From: Clostridia bacterium | GTDB lineage: Bacteria; Bacillota; Clostridia; TANB77; CAG-465 | DNA: 64,000 bases | Direction: 5' to 3' | Assembly: GCA_036635835.1 (NCBI GenBank) | Contig: JAVWPP010000001.1 | Location: 68,890-132,889, forward strand | Shown here: in pieces, positions 19,329 to 29,253 of the stretch | Numbering within the stretch: the first letter of the stretch is position 1 | Layout: every line of letters starts with the position of its first letter | Program-made: the position numbers and the translations under genes | Notes under the pieces: model-generated | Database searches by the model: none | What the model saw: only the letters and a program-made list of their open reading frames with translations | Told to the model about the DNA's origin: nothing

Positions 19329-20690
19329 CTAATATTTTGCTTCTACGGGCTCTACACCTTTATATAAATTTTTAAACTTCGTAAACTGTCCATACCAACC
19401 AAGTTCAATAGTTCCAGTAGATCCAGATCTGTTTTTAGCTATAATAACTTCCGCTAAATTTTTATTTTCCGGCACTTCTTTGTAGTAACTTTCTCTATGT
19501 ATAAACAAAACTTGATCCGCATCTTGTTCTATAGAACCAGATTCTCTTATATCACTTAGAGTTGGTCTATGCTCATCTCTTTTTTCAGAACAACGGTTTA
19601 ACTGTGTTAGTGCAATAATAGGTATTTTTAATTCTTTAGCTAGTATCTTTAAAGATCTACTTATTTCAGATATTTCTTGTTGTCTACCTTCAGATTTACC
19701 ATTTCCATTCATAAGCTGAATATAGTCAATAACTATAAGTCCTATGTTTTTTTCTAATTTTGCTTTTCTAGCCTGTGCTCTTAAAGTTGTTGAAGTTAAT
19801 TCTGGTGAATCTGCTATGTAGATAGGAAGTTCAGATATTACACCTGTAGCTTTTGAAATTTTAGCCCAATCTGCATCCTCTAACTTGCCGTTTTTTATTT
19901 TACCTGCATCTATTTCAGAATATGAAGATATGAATCTATTTATTATTTCTTTAGTTGCCATTTCTAGGCTAAATATAAGTACAGGAACATTTTGCGTCAT
20001 TGCAACATGAAGTGCTATATTTAAAGCAAATGCTGTTTTACCCATAGCTGGCCTTGCTCCTACTATAACAAGATTCGATGAATTTAAACCTGAAGTTTTT
20101 TCATCTACATCTATAAATCCAGATTCTAGTCCAGATACATTTCCTTCTCTATTGCATAGCTCTTCTAAATTTTCTAAACTTAACTTTAATCCTTCTTTCA
20201 TGTCTACATATCCAGTAGATTTTCTAGATTGTAATAGATCAAAAATCTTTTTTTCAGCTTGTTCTACTACAGAATCTGTTTCTGTTGTTTGTAAACTACA
20301 AAGAGAATGTATATCATTACTTGCTTTGATTAATTTTCTAAGAGTTGCTTTTTCTTCTACAATTTTTACGTACTCATTTATGTTAGATGTAGTTGGTAAA
20401 GCATCTACAAGTGATGTTATATATTCTATTCCACCTACTTTATCTAAACAATTATTTAGTTTTAATTGTTCTTTTAAAGTTATTGGATCTATTTTTCTAC
20501 CTAATGAATATAAATCCATCATAGCTTTATAAACTTGCCTATGATCTTCTCTATAGAAATCATCATCTTTTAATTTTTCTGTTGCTGCAACTATTGCATC
20601 GCTATCTATAATCATAGCTCCTAATACTGCTTTTTCTGCTTCTAAATCTGCTGGTATATTATTTACGTTATTTTCCATATCTATTCTCAC
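19329..20690 (-). CDS. dnaB: Replicative DNA helicase (DnaB family; called DnaC in Firmicutes)
   Basis: Walker A GARPAMGKT; conserved rplI-dnaB linkage. Confidence 0.9.
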   Translation of the reverse strand: MRIDMENNVNNIPADLEAEKAVLGAMIIDSDAIVAATEKLKDDDFYREDHRQVYKAMMDLYSLGRKIDPITLKEQLKLNNCLDKVGGIEYITSLVDALPTTSNINEYVKIVEEKATLRKLIKASNDIHSLCSLQTTETDSVVEQAEKKIFDLLQSRKSTGYVDMKEGLKLSLENLEELCNREGNVSGLESGFIDVDEKTSGLNSSNLVIVGARPAMGKTAFALNIALHVAMTQNVPVLIFSLEMATKEIINRFISSYSEIDAGKIKNGKLEDADWAKISKATGVISELPIYIADSPELTSTTLRAQARKAKLEKNIGLIVIDYIQLMNGNGKSEGRQQEISEISRSLKILAKELKIPIIALTQLNRCSEKRDEHRPTLSDIRESGSIEQDADQVLFIHRESYYKEVPENKNLAEVIIAKNRSGSTGTIELGWYGQFTKFKNLYKGVEPVEAKY

Positions 20691-20698
20691 CCTTTTTA

Positions 20699-21148
20699 CT
20701 ACTTTGCTTCTATAACACTTATTTTAACATTTGCAACTATACCTTCGTATAATTTTGCTTCTGCTGTATAAACTCCTAATGATTTTATTGGTACTTTTAC
20801 TGTTACTTTCTTTTTATCTATTTTTATTTGATGTGTTTCTTTAATTCTTTCTGCTATTTCTTTATCTGTAATGCTTCCAAAAAGTCTTCCTTCTTTTCCA
20901 ACTTTGATTTTAAACTCTAAAGTTTCTTTTTCTAGAATGCTTTTTACTTCGTTTGCTTTTTTAATTTCTTGCTCTTTTTTATATTTTTCTGATTCGACTT
21001 TAGACTTTGCTTCTGAAACAGACTTGTTATCTGCAAGTTTAGCCATTTTTCTTGGTATCAAATAATTTCTTGCATATCCCTCGCTTGCTTCGATAACTTG
21101 TAGTTTTTTTCCTAATCCTTTTATATCTTGCAATAAGACTATCTTCAT
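20699..21148 (-). CDS. rplI: 50S ribosomal protein L9
   Basis: MKIVLLQDIKGLGKKLQVIEASEGYARNYLIP. Confidence 0.95.
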   Translation of the reverse strand: MKIVLLQDIKGLGKKLQVIEASEGYARNYLIPRKMAKLADNKSVSEAKSKVESEKYKKEQEIKKANEVKSILEKETLEFKIKVGKEGRLFGSITDKEIAERIKETHQIKIDKKKVTVKVPIKSLGVYTAEAKLYEGIVANVKISVIEAK

Positions 21149-21163
21149 AAAATCTCTTCCCTT

Positions 21164-23146
21164 CTAATTATCTTTACTGTAATACGTATCTATGGCTTGA
21201 ATAAGCATTTCTTTTGCTTCTTCTAGCTCTACTCCTGCAAGCTGCGCGCCTGCAAATGTTAAATGACCTCCACCACCTAGGCGTTCTAATATCATTTGAA
21301 CGTTTATATCTCCCATTGATCTGCCAGATATCATTACTACCCCGTCTATTTTACAAAGAACAAACGAAGCTAAAACTTCACTTATAGATAGTAATTCATC
21401 TGCAGCTTGGGCAGCTATTACCGCTAAATTATCCATTGTTTTATCGCATATTGAAATTGCTATTTCTTTTCTTATAAATTCGGCTTTTTTAACGATTTCA
21501 ACTTTTGCTGTATATGTTTCAAAATTATTTTGGAATATTTGTTTTACTTCTGCTATGTCTAGTCCAACTCTTTTTAAATACGCAGCAGCTTCAAATGTTC
21601 TAACTCCAGTTTTAAATGTGAAATTTTTTGTATCTACTAAAATTCCTGCATACATAGCCTCTGCTTCGCTTTGCGAAAGTTCAATATCTGGTATGTACAT
21701 AAGAAGCTCTGTTACTAGCTCTGATGTTGATGAAGCGTATACTTCATGGTATGAAAGTATTGTATCTTCTATAAACTCAGGACCTCTTCTATGGTGATCT
21801 ACCAATATAACTTTTTCAAATTCTTCTAGCACTTCTGGAACTGCAAGATAACTCTTTTTATGCGTATCTACAATAATTAAAAGTGAATTGTTGAAATCTT
21901 GTTTCTTTATATCATCTTTTGTTATAAATACGTTTTCATATTTTTTATCTTTTTTTATTCTTTCCATTATCATTTGACTACTAGAATTGTATTTTGCATC
22001 TACAATAATATGTATAGGTGTATTTAATTTTTCTGCTATTTTACAAAATCCTATTGCAGCTCCAATGCAGTCTATGTCTGTGTTTTTATGTCCCATAACA
22101 TAAACGCTATCTGCTTTTTCAATAAGTTCTTTTGTTGCTTGAGCTATGGTTCTAGACCTAACTTTACTCATTTTTTCTACTTTTATAGCGGCATCTCCGT
22201 AAAAACCGTATTTGCCGTTTTCCTTAACTACTGTTTGATCTCCGCCTCTTCCAAGTGCTATATCTAAAGTTGCAACTGTAGATTTGTATCTTTCATACAA
22301 TGATTCCTCGTCGTTAGATATTCCTATGCTTAGAGATACCGGAACTTTTGTTAAATCTGTTATGTTTTTAATTTTTGATAATATTTCAAACTGCTTTTTT
22401 TTCAAAGTTTCTAATTCTTTTTTTGTTAATAATATCATATATCTATCTTTTTCAAATTTAGCAACAACTGCTCCTATGTTTTTGCCCCATTTTCTTATTT
22501 CTTTGTCTATTCTTGAAATTACATTAACTCTATCCATTTCGTCTAAGCCTTGAAGTACTTCTTCGAAATTATCTACAACTACAAGTCCAAGACATAATTT
22601 ATTGTCTACGATAGATGTTTTCATATTTTTTTCTTCTGTTTTGTCTATGAAACAAAGTAGCTTGAAGTTTTCATTTTCTATTAGGAAAGTGTTTTGGTAG
22701 ACTTCGTACTCGCTTTCATATAGATTAATTGTATAATTATCGTTTTTTGTCTTGCTATCTATTTGTAGCAAAACTTTCTCTAAATCTTCTGGAGTTACTA
22801 TAAACGAGAATTTTTTGTTGCTCCATATCATTTCATTTTTTTTATTTAAAATCATAATTGGTAGTTCCATGCGGTCAAATAATTTTTTCATCATTTTATT
22901 TGCGCTTTTTTCAATTTCTCCAATTCTAGCTGTTCTATTGAAAAATTCGTTTATTGTTATTGCAGCAATAAAGCCAATTACAATTAGCGATAAAGGTACT
23001 GAAATAAACCAACCTTTTGGGCTAACAAACAATATATATATAAATAATATAACTATTATAACCATATATATATATTGAGAAGTATATGCATCTATATTTA
23101 TTTTTTTTCTGAATTTTCTTTTATCATTTGATTTTTTTTCATTCAT
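21164..23146 (-). CDS. gdpP: c-di-AMP phosphodiesterase GdpP/YybT-like (2 TM, PAS-like, degenerate GGDEF, DHH/DHHA1)
   Basis: DHH motif VDHHR. 660 aa. Conserved yybT-rplI-dnaB gene order. Confidence 0.8.
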   Translation of the reverse strand: MNEKKSNDKRKFRKKINIDAYTSQYIYMVIIVILFIYILFVSPKGWFISVPLSLIVIGFIAAITINEFFNRTARIGEIEKSANKMMKKLFDRMELPIMILNKKNEMIWSNKKFSFIVTPEDLEKVLLQIDSKTKNDNYTINLYESEYEVYQNTFLIENENFKLLCFIDKTEEKNMKTSIVDNKLCLGLVVVDNFEEVLQGLDEMDRVNVISRIDKEIRKWGKNIGAVVAKFEKDRYMILLTKKELETLKKKQFEILSKIKNITDLTKVPVSLSIGISNDEESLYERYKSTVATLDIALGRGGDQTVVKENGKYGFYGDAAIKVEKMSKVRSRTIAQATKELIEKADSVYVMGHKNTDIDCIGAAIGFCKIAEKLNTPIHIIVDAKYNSSSQMIMERIKKDKKYENVFITKDDIKKQDFNNSLLIIVDTHKKSYLAVPEVLEEFEKVILVDHHRRGPEFIEDTILSYHEVYASSTSELVTELLMYIPDIELSQSEAEAMYAGILVDTKNFTFKTGVRTFEAAAYLKRVGLDIAEVKQIFQNNFETYTAKVEIVKKAEFIRKEIAISICDKTMDNLAVIAAQAADELLSISEVLASFVLCKIDGVVMISGRSMGDINVQMILERLGGGGHLTFAGAQLAGVELEEAKEMLIQAIDTYYSKDN

Positions 23147-23392
23147 AATTCTTTTCCTTTTTTCTATGCTTACATTTTACTATTTATATTTCTGTTTGTC
23201 AAGGAGTACAATGTTTTTTTATGTTACATAAGTACCTATTTTTCGCTAGTTTTTAGACTTTCCTTATTTAAAAAATTATTTCTTTATTTTTTTAAAATTT
23301 ATATCTACATTTATTTGATTTTAAGCATAAAAAAATTGAAATATACATAATTATCTCTAATCATCTTTATTTCAATTATTTTGACTATTTAA

Positions 23393-23746
23393 TTATATAA
23401 TTGATTGTGCTGCTGTAACAATGAATCCAACTAATGGTTCTGCTAAGAACACTATAATTGCACCTACAATTAGTATAACTGTTTGTTTTTTGATATCTGC
23501 TTTTGAATCTGCAGATGCAAACATATATCTAAGTCCTGCAAATATAATTGCTGCGAATGCAAGTACTTGTATTACAGTTGTTATTGTACTCCATACGTTT
23601 CCCATTGTTGCTCCAACACCTTCTGCAGCTGTTCCTCCGTTTGGTAATGATGTATCAATTCCTGTTCCTGCTGCAAATACAGTTGTTAAACATAATATCA
23701 ACATTAAAACTATAGGTAAAACCTTAACTAATTTTTTCATATTCAA
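23393..23746 (-). CDS. Secreted pilin-like small protein (VirB2/TrbC-like topology), copy 1 of a near-identical tandem pair
   Basis: Signal peptide ...TTVFA-AGT. Motif AGLRYMFASADSKADIKKQ. More than 95% nucleotide identity to 23890..24237. Confidence 0.55.
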   Translation of the reverse strand: MNMKKLVKVLPIVLMLILCLTTVFAAGTGIDTSLPNGGTAAEGVGATMGNVWSTITTVIQVLAFAAIIFAGLRYMFASADSKADIKKQTVILIVGAIIVFLAEPLVGFIVTAAQSII

Positions 23747-23889
23747 GCCTCCTTTGCTTATACATGTATTTAGTATATCAATACAAATTTAATTAGTCAA
23801 TACTATATTTGTAGTTTTGCTATATTTGTTTTTTAATTTTGACAAAAAAAATGTGATGAATAAATTCACCACATTATTATAATAAATTA

Positions 23890-24237
23890 TTATATAATTG
23901 ATTCTGCTGCTGTAACTATGAAACCAACTAATGGTTCTGCTAAGAACACTATAATTGCACCGACAATTAGGATAACTGTTTGTTTTTTGATATCTGCTTT
24001 TGAATCTGCAGATGCAAACATATATCTAAGTCCTGCAAATATAATTGCTGCGAATGCAAGTACTTGTATTACAGTTGTTATTGTACTCCATACGTTTCCC
24101 ATTGTTGCTCCAACGCCTTCTGCTGCTGTTCCTCCTGCTGGTAATGATGTATCAATTCCTGTTCCAGCTGCAAATACAGTTGTTAAACATAATATTAACA
24201 TTAAAACTACTGGTAAAACTTTAATAAATTTTTTCAT
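23890..24237 (-). CDS. Secreted pilin-like small protein, copy 2 of the tandem pair
   Basis: Differs from copy 1 by only a few residues (N/A at position 34, Q/E near the C-terminus, and the signal-peptide start). Confidence 0.55.
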   Translation of the reverse strand: MKKFIKVLPVVLMLILCLTTVFAAGTGIDTSLPAGGTAAEGVGATMGNVWSTITTVIQVLAFAAIIFAGLRYMFASADSKADIKKQTVILIVGAIIVFLAEPLVGFIVTAAESII

Positions 24238-24401
24238 AAAAATTCCTCCTAATCTATTCTATATTTAAATTATATCACAAAACTCTATAAAATGTCAACC
24301 ATTTTTATTTATTCTATCTACTTTTGCCTATTTATATACTCTTATGGCTATCTAATTGACTTTTTTTTATTTATTTATATTATTAAATTAAGGAGGCTAT
24401 A

Positions 24402-24938
24402 ATGAAAATAATAATTTATAAAATATTTTTATCTTTGCTTGTAGCAATTATAATAATTACTGGTTTATTAACTAAAACAAATACTGATTCTAGTAAATCT
24501 ACTGGTTTTATTTGGCCAAGCGATGTCCATAAAATCTCTTCTCCCTACGGAAAAAGAAATTTATTTACGGTGCATTTTCATAATGGTATTGATATACCTG
24601 CAAGGCAAGGCAGTAATATATATGCAATTTCAGATGGCGTTGTTGAATTTACAAATTTTAAAGGCTCTTTCGGATATACAATTGTGCTTAAACATGATGG
24701 CGAATATAAGAGTATGTACTGCCACGTTGATCCTAATTTTTTAGTTATAGAAGGGCAGTTTGTTAAGCAAGGTGATATAATTGCTAAAATAGGACCTGCT
24801 AGACTGCCAAACTCCGCTACAAAATATTATATTTTTAACGGATATAAGTCTAATGGCATGACTACTGGGCCGCATCTTCATTTTTCTACTATTTTTAAAG
24901 GAAAATATGTGAATCCACAGTCTTTAACGTATAAATAA
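24402..24938 (+). CDS. M23/LytM-family peptidoglycan endopeptidase with N-terminal membrane anchor
   Basis: HFHNGIDI (HxxxD) and GPHLHFS (HxH) zinc-ligand motifs; RBS AGGAGG. Confidence 0.8.
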   Translation: MKIIIYKIFLSLLVAIIIITGLLTKTNTDSSKSTGFIWPSDVHKISSPYGKRNLFTVHFHNGIDIPARQGSNIYAISDGVVEFTNFKGSFGYTIVLKHDGEYKSMYCHVDPNFLVIEGQFVKQGDIIAKIGPARLPNSATKYYIFNGYKSNGMTTGPHLHFSTIFKGKYVNPQSLTYK

Positions 24939-24971
24939 AGCATCAAGATTTCTCCTGATGCCATTTATTAT

Positions 24972-25631
24972 CTATTCTTGTTCTGCTTGTTCTTCTTTTT
25001 CTTCTTTATCTAATAATTCTAATTTAGAAACTGAAACTTCATATGCAAGGTTCTTTACAACAGTACCATCTTCATATTTTTTTTCATATTCTCTACTTTG
25101 AACTCTTCCTTCGATTTTAATATTTGTTCCTACAGGCAAGTTTTCGCAGAATTTAGCGTTTCTTCCCCACATTATACAAGGTATATAATCTGATTTATTA
25201 TATGCTCTATTTACAGCTATTAAAACATCTGCAATTTCTCTACCTAGAGGTGTTTTTCTGTATACTGGTTTTTTACAAACAAAACCATTTAATAAAGCTT
25301 CATTTTTAGTTTTTGCTTCTTCTTCTACCTCAATAGTTCTTAGCTCTTTGATAAATATAGATAATACTAATTTACTTTTTTCTTCACGATACTTATTATA
25401 TGATCTAAACTGACCTTCAATTTCAATAAGTAATCCCGGTTTAAACGTTGCTAAATCTATAAGTCTTTCTGAAACTATAACTGGTATTTTATCATCAGCT
25501 CCACTAAGTCTACTTACACTTATATCAAATATGTAAAACTTTTCACCATATACTTCATGACTTATTTGAAGTTCTGAAGCTATAGTACCTCCTATTTTTA
25601 CAATATTATTTTCACTATAATTATTTAACAC
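24972..25631 (-). CDS. Hypothetical protein with two OB-fold-like halves, the second SSB/PriB-like; acidic C-terminal tail
   Basis: 219 aa. Weak SSB-like pattern in the C-terminal half; EEKEEQAEQE tail. Not a canonical SSB. Confidence 0.3.
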   Translation of the reverse strand: MLNNYSENNIVKIGGTIASELQISHEVYGEKFYIFDISVSRLSGADDKIPVIVSERLIDLATFKPGLLIEIEGQFRSYNKYREEKSKLVLSIFIKELRTIEVEEEAKTKNEALLNGFVCKKPVYRKTPLGREIADVLIAVNRAYNKSDYIPCIMWGRNAKFCENLPVGTNIKIEGRVQSREYEKKYEDGTVVKNLAYEVSVSKLELLDKEEKEEQAEQE

Positions 25632-25758
25632 AAATATTCCTCCTTTGATATTATCTATACTATTCTTATGTTCATTTTTTCGTTTTTATAACACTTTTTA
25701 GATTATATCATAAAAAAAAGTTTTTGTAAATACTTTATGTTAACTTTAAATTTTTATT

Positions 25759-27072
25759 TTACTTATTTTTTGCTATATATTCATTTTCTTTTTCTTTTAT
25801 ATAACTCATCATATTATTCTTATATGCTTCTACACCTGGCTGATTAAATGGATTAACCTCAGATAGATACGCACTCATAGCGCAGGCTTTTTCAAAAAAG
25901 TATATTAACTGTCCTACGGTATATTCGTTTATTTCTTTTATATTTATTAATATATTAGGTACATTTCCAGATACATGGGCGTCTACTGTGCCTTTAAATG
26001 CTTTATTGTTTATCCAATCTATTGTTGTACCTGCTAAATATTCTAAACCATCAAAGTTATCTTTAGACTTTGGCACGCATATTTCTTCTTTTGTATTTTC
26101 TATGTTTAAAACAGTTTCAAATACGTTTCTTTTACCTTCTTGTATTATTTGGCCTAAAGAATGTAGATCAGTTGAAAAGTCTACACCTACTGGGAAAATA
26201 CCTTTCCCATCTTTGCCTTCGCTTTCGCCAAATAGTTGTTTGAACCACTCTACAAAATAATGTAGAGATTGGTCGTAACTTGCCATAATTTCTATGTCCT
26301 TGCCTTTATTTCTAAAGATCTGTCTAAACGCAGCATATTTATATGCATCATTTTTTTCTATTGTTTCAGCAGAATATATTGCTTTTGCAAAAGTTGCGCC
26401 TTCTAAAATTTCATTTATATCTAAGCCTGCGGCTGCAATAGGAAGTAAGCCAACTGGCGTAAGAACTGAATATCTACCACCTATATCATCTGGTATAACA
26501 AAAGTTTTATACTGATTTTTATCTGCTATTTCTTTTAATATGCCTTTTTCCTTATCTGTAGTTATGTATATTCTATCTGCGGCTCCGCCTTCTCCATATT
26601 TTTCTTCTAAAAATGATTTTAATATTCTAAAAGTAATTGCGGGTTCTAAGGTTTTACCGGATTTTGAGATAACATTTACTGCTACGTCTTTATCCAATAT
26701 ATATTCAACCAAATTTCTTAAATATTTTCCACTCATGTTATTGCCTGCAAAAATAATCTCAGGCTTTTTATGGCTGAATTTGTCTGAAAGCATGTCAATA
26801 ACAGCTCTAGAGCCCAAGTAAGATCCGCCTATTCCAACTACAACTAGCACATCTGCCTGCCTTTGTATTTTTTTAGCCGTGTCTTTTATATCCTCTATTT
26901 CTTCTTCTGATATTTTTTCTGCATAATCTAGCCAGCCTAGCATTTCACTTCCTACGCCACTTCTATCTTCTATAATTCTATGTTTTTGAATGACTTTATC
27001 ATTCATATATTCAAGTTCTTCTTTTTCTACAAATTTATCTGCATTTGAAAAATCTAATGAAATTCCTACCAT
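25759..27072 (-). CDS. pgi: Glucose-6-phosphate isomerase (short Firmicute type)
   Basis: 437 aa; GGRYSVLTPVGLLP and SGKTLE motifs. Confidence 0.9.
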   Translation of the reverse strand: MVGISLDFSNADKFVEKEELEYMNDKVIQKHRIIEDRSGVGSEMLGWLDYAEKISEEEIEDIKDTAKKIQRQADVLVVVGIGGSYLGSRAVIDMLSDKFSHKKPEIIFAGNNMSGKYLRNLVEYILDKDVAVNVISKSGKTLEPAITFRILKSFLEEKYGEGGAADRIYITTDKEKGILKEIADKNQYKTFVIPDDIGGRYSVLTPVGLLPIAAAGLDINEILEGATFAKAIYSAETIEKNDAYKYAAFRQIFRNKGKDIEIMASYDQSLHYFVEWFKQLFGESEGKDGKGIFPVGVDFSTDLHSLGQIIQEGKRNVFETVLNIENTKEEICVPKSKDNFDGLEYLAGTTIDWINNKAFKGTVDAHVSGNVPNILINIKEINEYTVGQLIYFFEKACAMSAYLSEVNPFNQPGVEAYKNNMMSYIKEKENEYIAKNK

Positions 27073-27126
27073 TTATATCACTCCTTCATTAGTATTTTAT
27101 ACTGAAATGCAAATCTATGCAATAGT

Positions 27127-28170
27127 TTATACATACAACTCGTTTAATAATTTAGATAGGTATTTCATTGAATTTTCGACTTCATCTATGGTGTTTCCGG
27201 TTGTTCCGCACTCTATTAATAGCGAGCATTTATTCATGTCTTGGTTGTATTTTGAATTTCTTATAAGCATTGTTCTAAATAGGCCTTTATAATTGGCGTT
27301 TGCTATTGCGGTGATGTTTAAAGCAAGCGAAAGATTGTCTAATGCGTATTTATTGTACACTCCATTTGTGCCCATTCCTACAACAAACATTAGTTGTGCG
27401 CATTTTTCCCCATTTATTTCTGTTACAAGTCCTTTGTTTAAATCTCCAAGTGCATCTCTATGTAGGTCTATTATTATTGCATATTTGTCTGTTGCTAGTC
27501 TTTTTTCTATTGTAGCTTTAGACCTTTTATATGCGTTTTCATATGCGCCATAATCGTGAGGAGTTGTGTCTTGGTCCACTTTTATATTATATTTATTTAA
27601 TTTTTTTGCTAGTACGTCTCCTATTTTTAGCATATTATATGATGCGTTTGTAGTTCTATATGTTCCTGTATATGAAAACGTATATTTGAGGCTATTATTA
27701 TACGACTCAGATGTATGCGTATTATATAGTAATATTTTATCTTTTCCTTTATCTAAATTTATATTATTTTTCATTATTTGAGCAAAATCTAGATTACGAG
27801 TAGATGAATAATTATTTATACCTATTCCATTTAAATTTATTTTCTGTAGATTCTTAGTTTCACTAAGTATAACGGGATTTGCATGCATTTCGAATTTTTT
27901 TAATACTTCTGGTGACATATCTTCTTGCTCTAATAAACAATTGATTTCATTGCTTTTTATTTTAGTTTGCGCTGAATATTCTAAATATATATTGTTGCAA
28001 AAATTAAAGGAAAGTATTAGAAAAAGTAGCATAACAGATAATGCAGAAAGTTTATGACTTGCTAAGCCTTTAAAAAAGCTACTTTGCTTTTTACGCTGCA
28101 TTAAATTATTTACGATTTTTTTTCTTCTACTCTTTTTTTTAAAATTAAAAGAAACTACTGCATATTTCAT
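27127..28170 (-). CDS. spoIIP: Stage II sporulation protein P (SpoIIP) family
   Basis: N-terminal TM; ILLYNTHTSESY block characteristic of the SpoIIP family. Confidence 0.65.
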   Translation of the reverse strand: MKYAVVSFNFKKKSRRKKIVNNLMQRKKQSSFFKGLASHKLSALSVMLLFLILSFNFCNNIYLEYSAQTKIKSNEINCLLEQEDMSPEVLKKFEMHANPVILSETKNLQKINLNGIGINNYSSTRNLDFAQIMKNNINLDKGKDKILLYNTHTSESYNNSLKYTFSYTGTYRTTNASYNMLKIGDVLAKKLNKYNIKVDQDTTPHDYGAYENAYKRSKATIEKRLATDKYAIIIDLHRDALGDLNKGLVTEINGEKCAQLMFVVGMGTNGVYNKYALDNLSLALNITAIANANYKGLFRTMLIRNSKYNQDMNKCSLLIECGTTGNTIDEVENSMKYLSKLLNELYV

Positions 28171-28226
28171 AGAATTACCTCCTGGTAATATTCTATACTT
28201 ATTACAATAGTCTCTTGTTTATTCAA

Positions 28227-28646
28227 CTAATCCATTAAATCTCCTAGTTGCGTACAATATTTATCCAAAGTTTTTATAGCTTTTTCTCTAAGCTCTATAA
28301 CATCTTTCTTTAAATCTAATAATTTTTCTTTTTCCATTTCTATTAATTGTTCTATTCTATTTCTTTCATCCAAAGCTTCTGCTCTTGCCTGCTCAATAAT
28401 TTTTTTTGCTTGATCTTCTGCAGTAATAAGGGCATTAGCTACTTTTTCTTGTTTTTCAACATAATCTGTTTCGTATCTATCTAACTTCTTTTTAACAATT
28501 GTAAGCTCATTTGCAATTCTATTGTTCTCAGCTTTTTCGGCATATACTTTACTTTCATAGTCTGCTTTAATGTCTTTTATATATTCTTCAACTTCTTTTT
28601 TATCATATCCAAACATCTCGTTTGAAAATTTCTTCTCGTTATCCAC
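28227..28646 (-). CDS. DivIVA-domain coiled-coil protein
   Basis: N-terminal F..YDKKEVEEYI DivIVA signature, then coiled coil. Confidence 0.6.
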   Translation of the reverse strand: MDNEKKFSNEMFGYDKKEVEEYIKDIKADYESKVYAEKAENNRIANELTIVKKKLDRYETDYVEKQEKVANALITAEDQAKKIIEQARAEALDERNRIEQLIEMEKEKLLDLKKDVIELREKAIKTLDKYCTQLGDLMD

Positions 28647-28771
28647 AAAGCTACCTCCATTTTCAAGATTATTTTATCAAACAATGCTTGTTTTTTCAAG
28701 TATATTAACGTTTTTTATTATTAAAACTGAATATTTCTTTTTTTTTTGCAAATAATTTTAATGGTGATATT

Positions 28772-29245
28772 ATGAAAGATTTAAGTATAGAAGAAAAAAT
28801 GCAATTTTCTAAAGAAGAATATTCTTCTTACGTTGAAACAAAATCTCAAAAAACAAATATGTTTAAAAATTGTTTTTTTGCGTTTTTAGTCGGCGGTTTA
28901 ATTTGTTGCATTGGTCAAAGTATAGTTGAGATTTGCAAATATTATGGATTAGAAAAAGAAATATATTCTATAATTTCAGCTATATCTTTAGTTGGATTAG
29001 GTGCTTTTTTAACCGCACTTAGAATCTATAACAATATAGGATCTATAGCAGGAGCTGGCTCTATTGTTCCAATAACAGGATTTGCAAATTCTGTCGTATC
29101 TCCTGCTATAGAGTTCAAATCGGAAGGATATATTTTAGGAATAGGAGCAAACATGTTTAAAATAGCAGGACCCGTACTAGTTTACGGAATTGGTAGTTCT
29201 ACAATAGTAGGCATTATCTACTGGTTTTCTAAAATGTTTATGTAG
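28772..29245 (+). CDS. spoVAC: Stage V sporulation protein AC
   Basis: 157-aa 4-TM protein, first gene of a spoVAC-AD-AEb trio. Confidence 0.75.
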   Translation: MKDLSIEEKMQFSKEEYSSYVETKSQKTNMFKNCFFAFLVGGLICCIGQSIVEICKYYGLEKEIYSIISAISLVGLGAFLTALRIYNNIGSIAGAGSIVPITGFANSVVSPAIEFKSEGYILGIGANMFKIAGPVLVYGIGSSTIVGIIYWFSKMFM

Positions 29246-29253
29246 GTGATATT

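Larger units (their letters stand above)
23380..24245. repeat. Recent tandem duplication (~497-bp unit) carrying the two pilin-like genes
   Basis: The unit runs from attatataattgatt... to ...aattttttcat and is repeated with only scattered substitutions. Confidence 0.8.
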
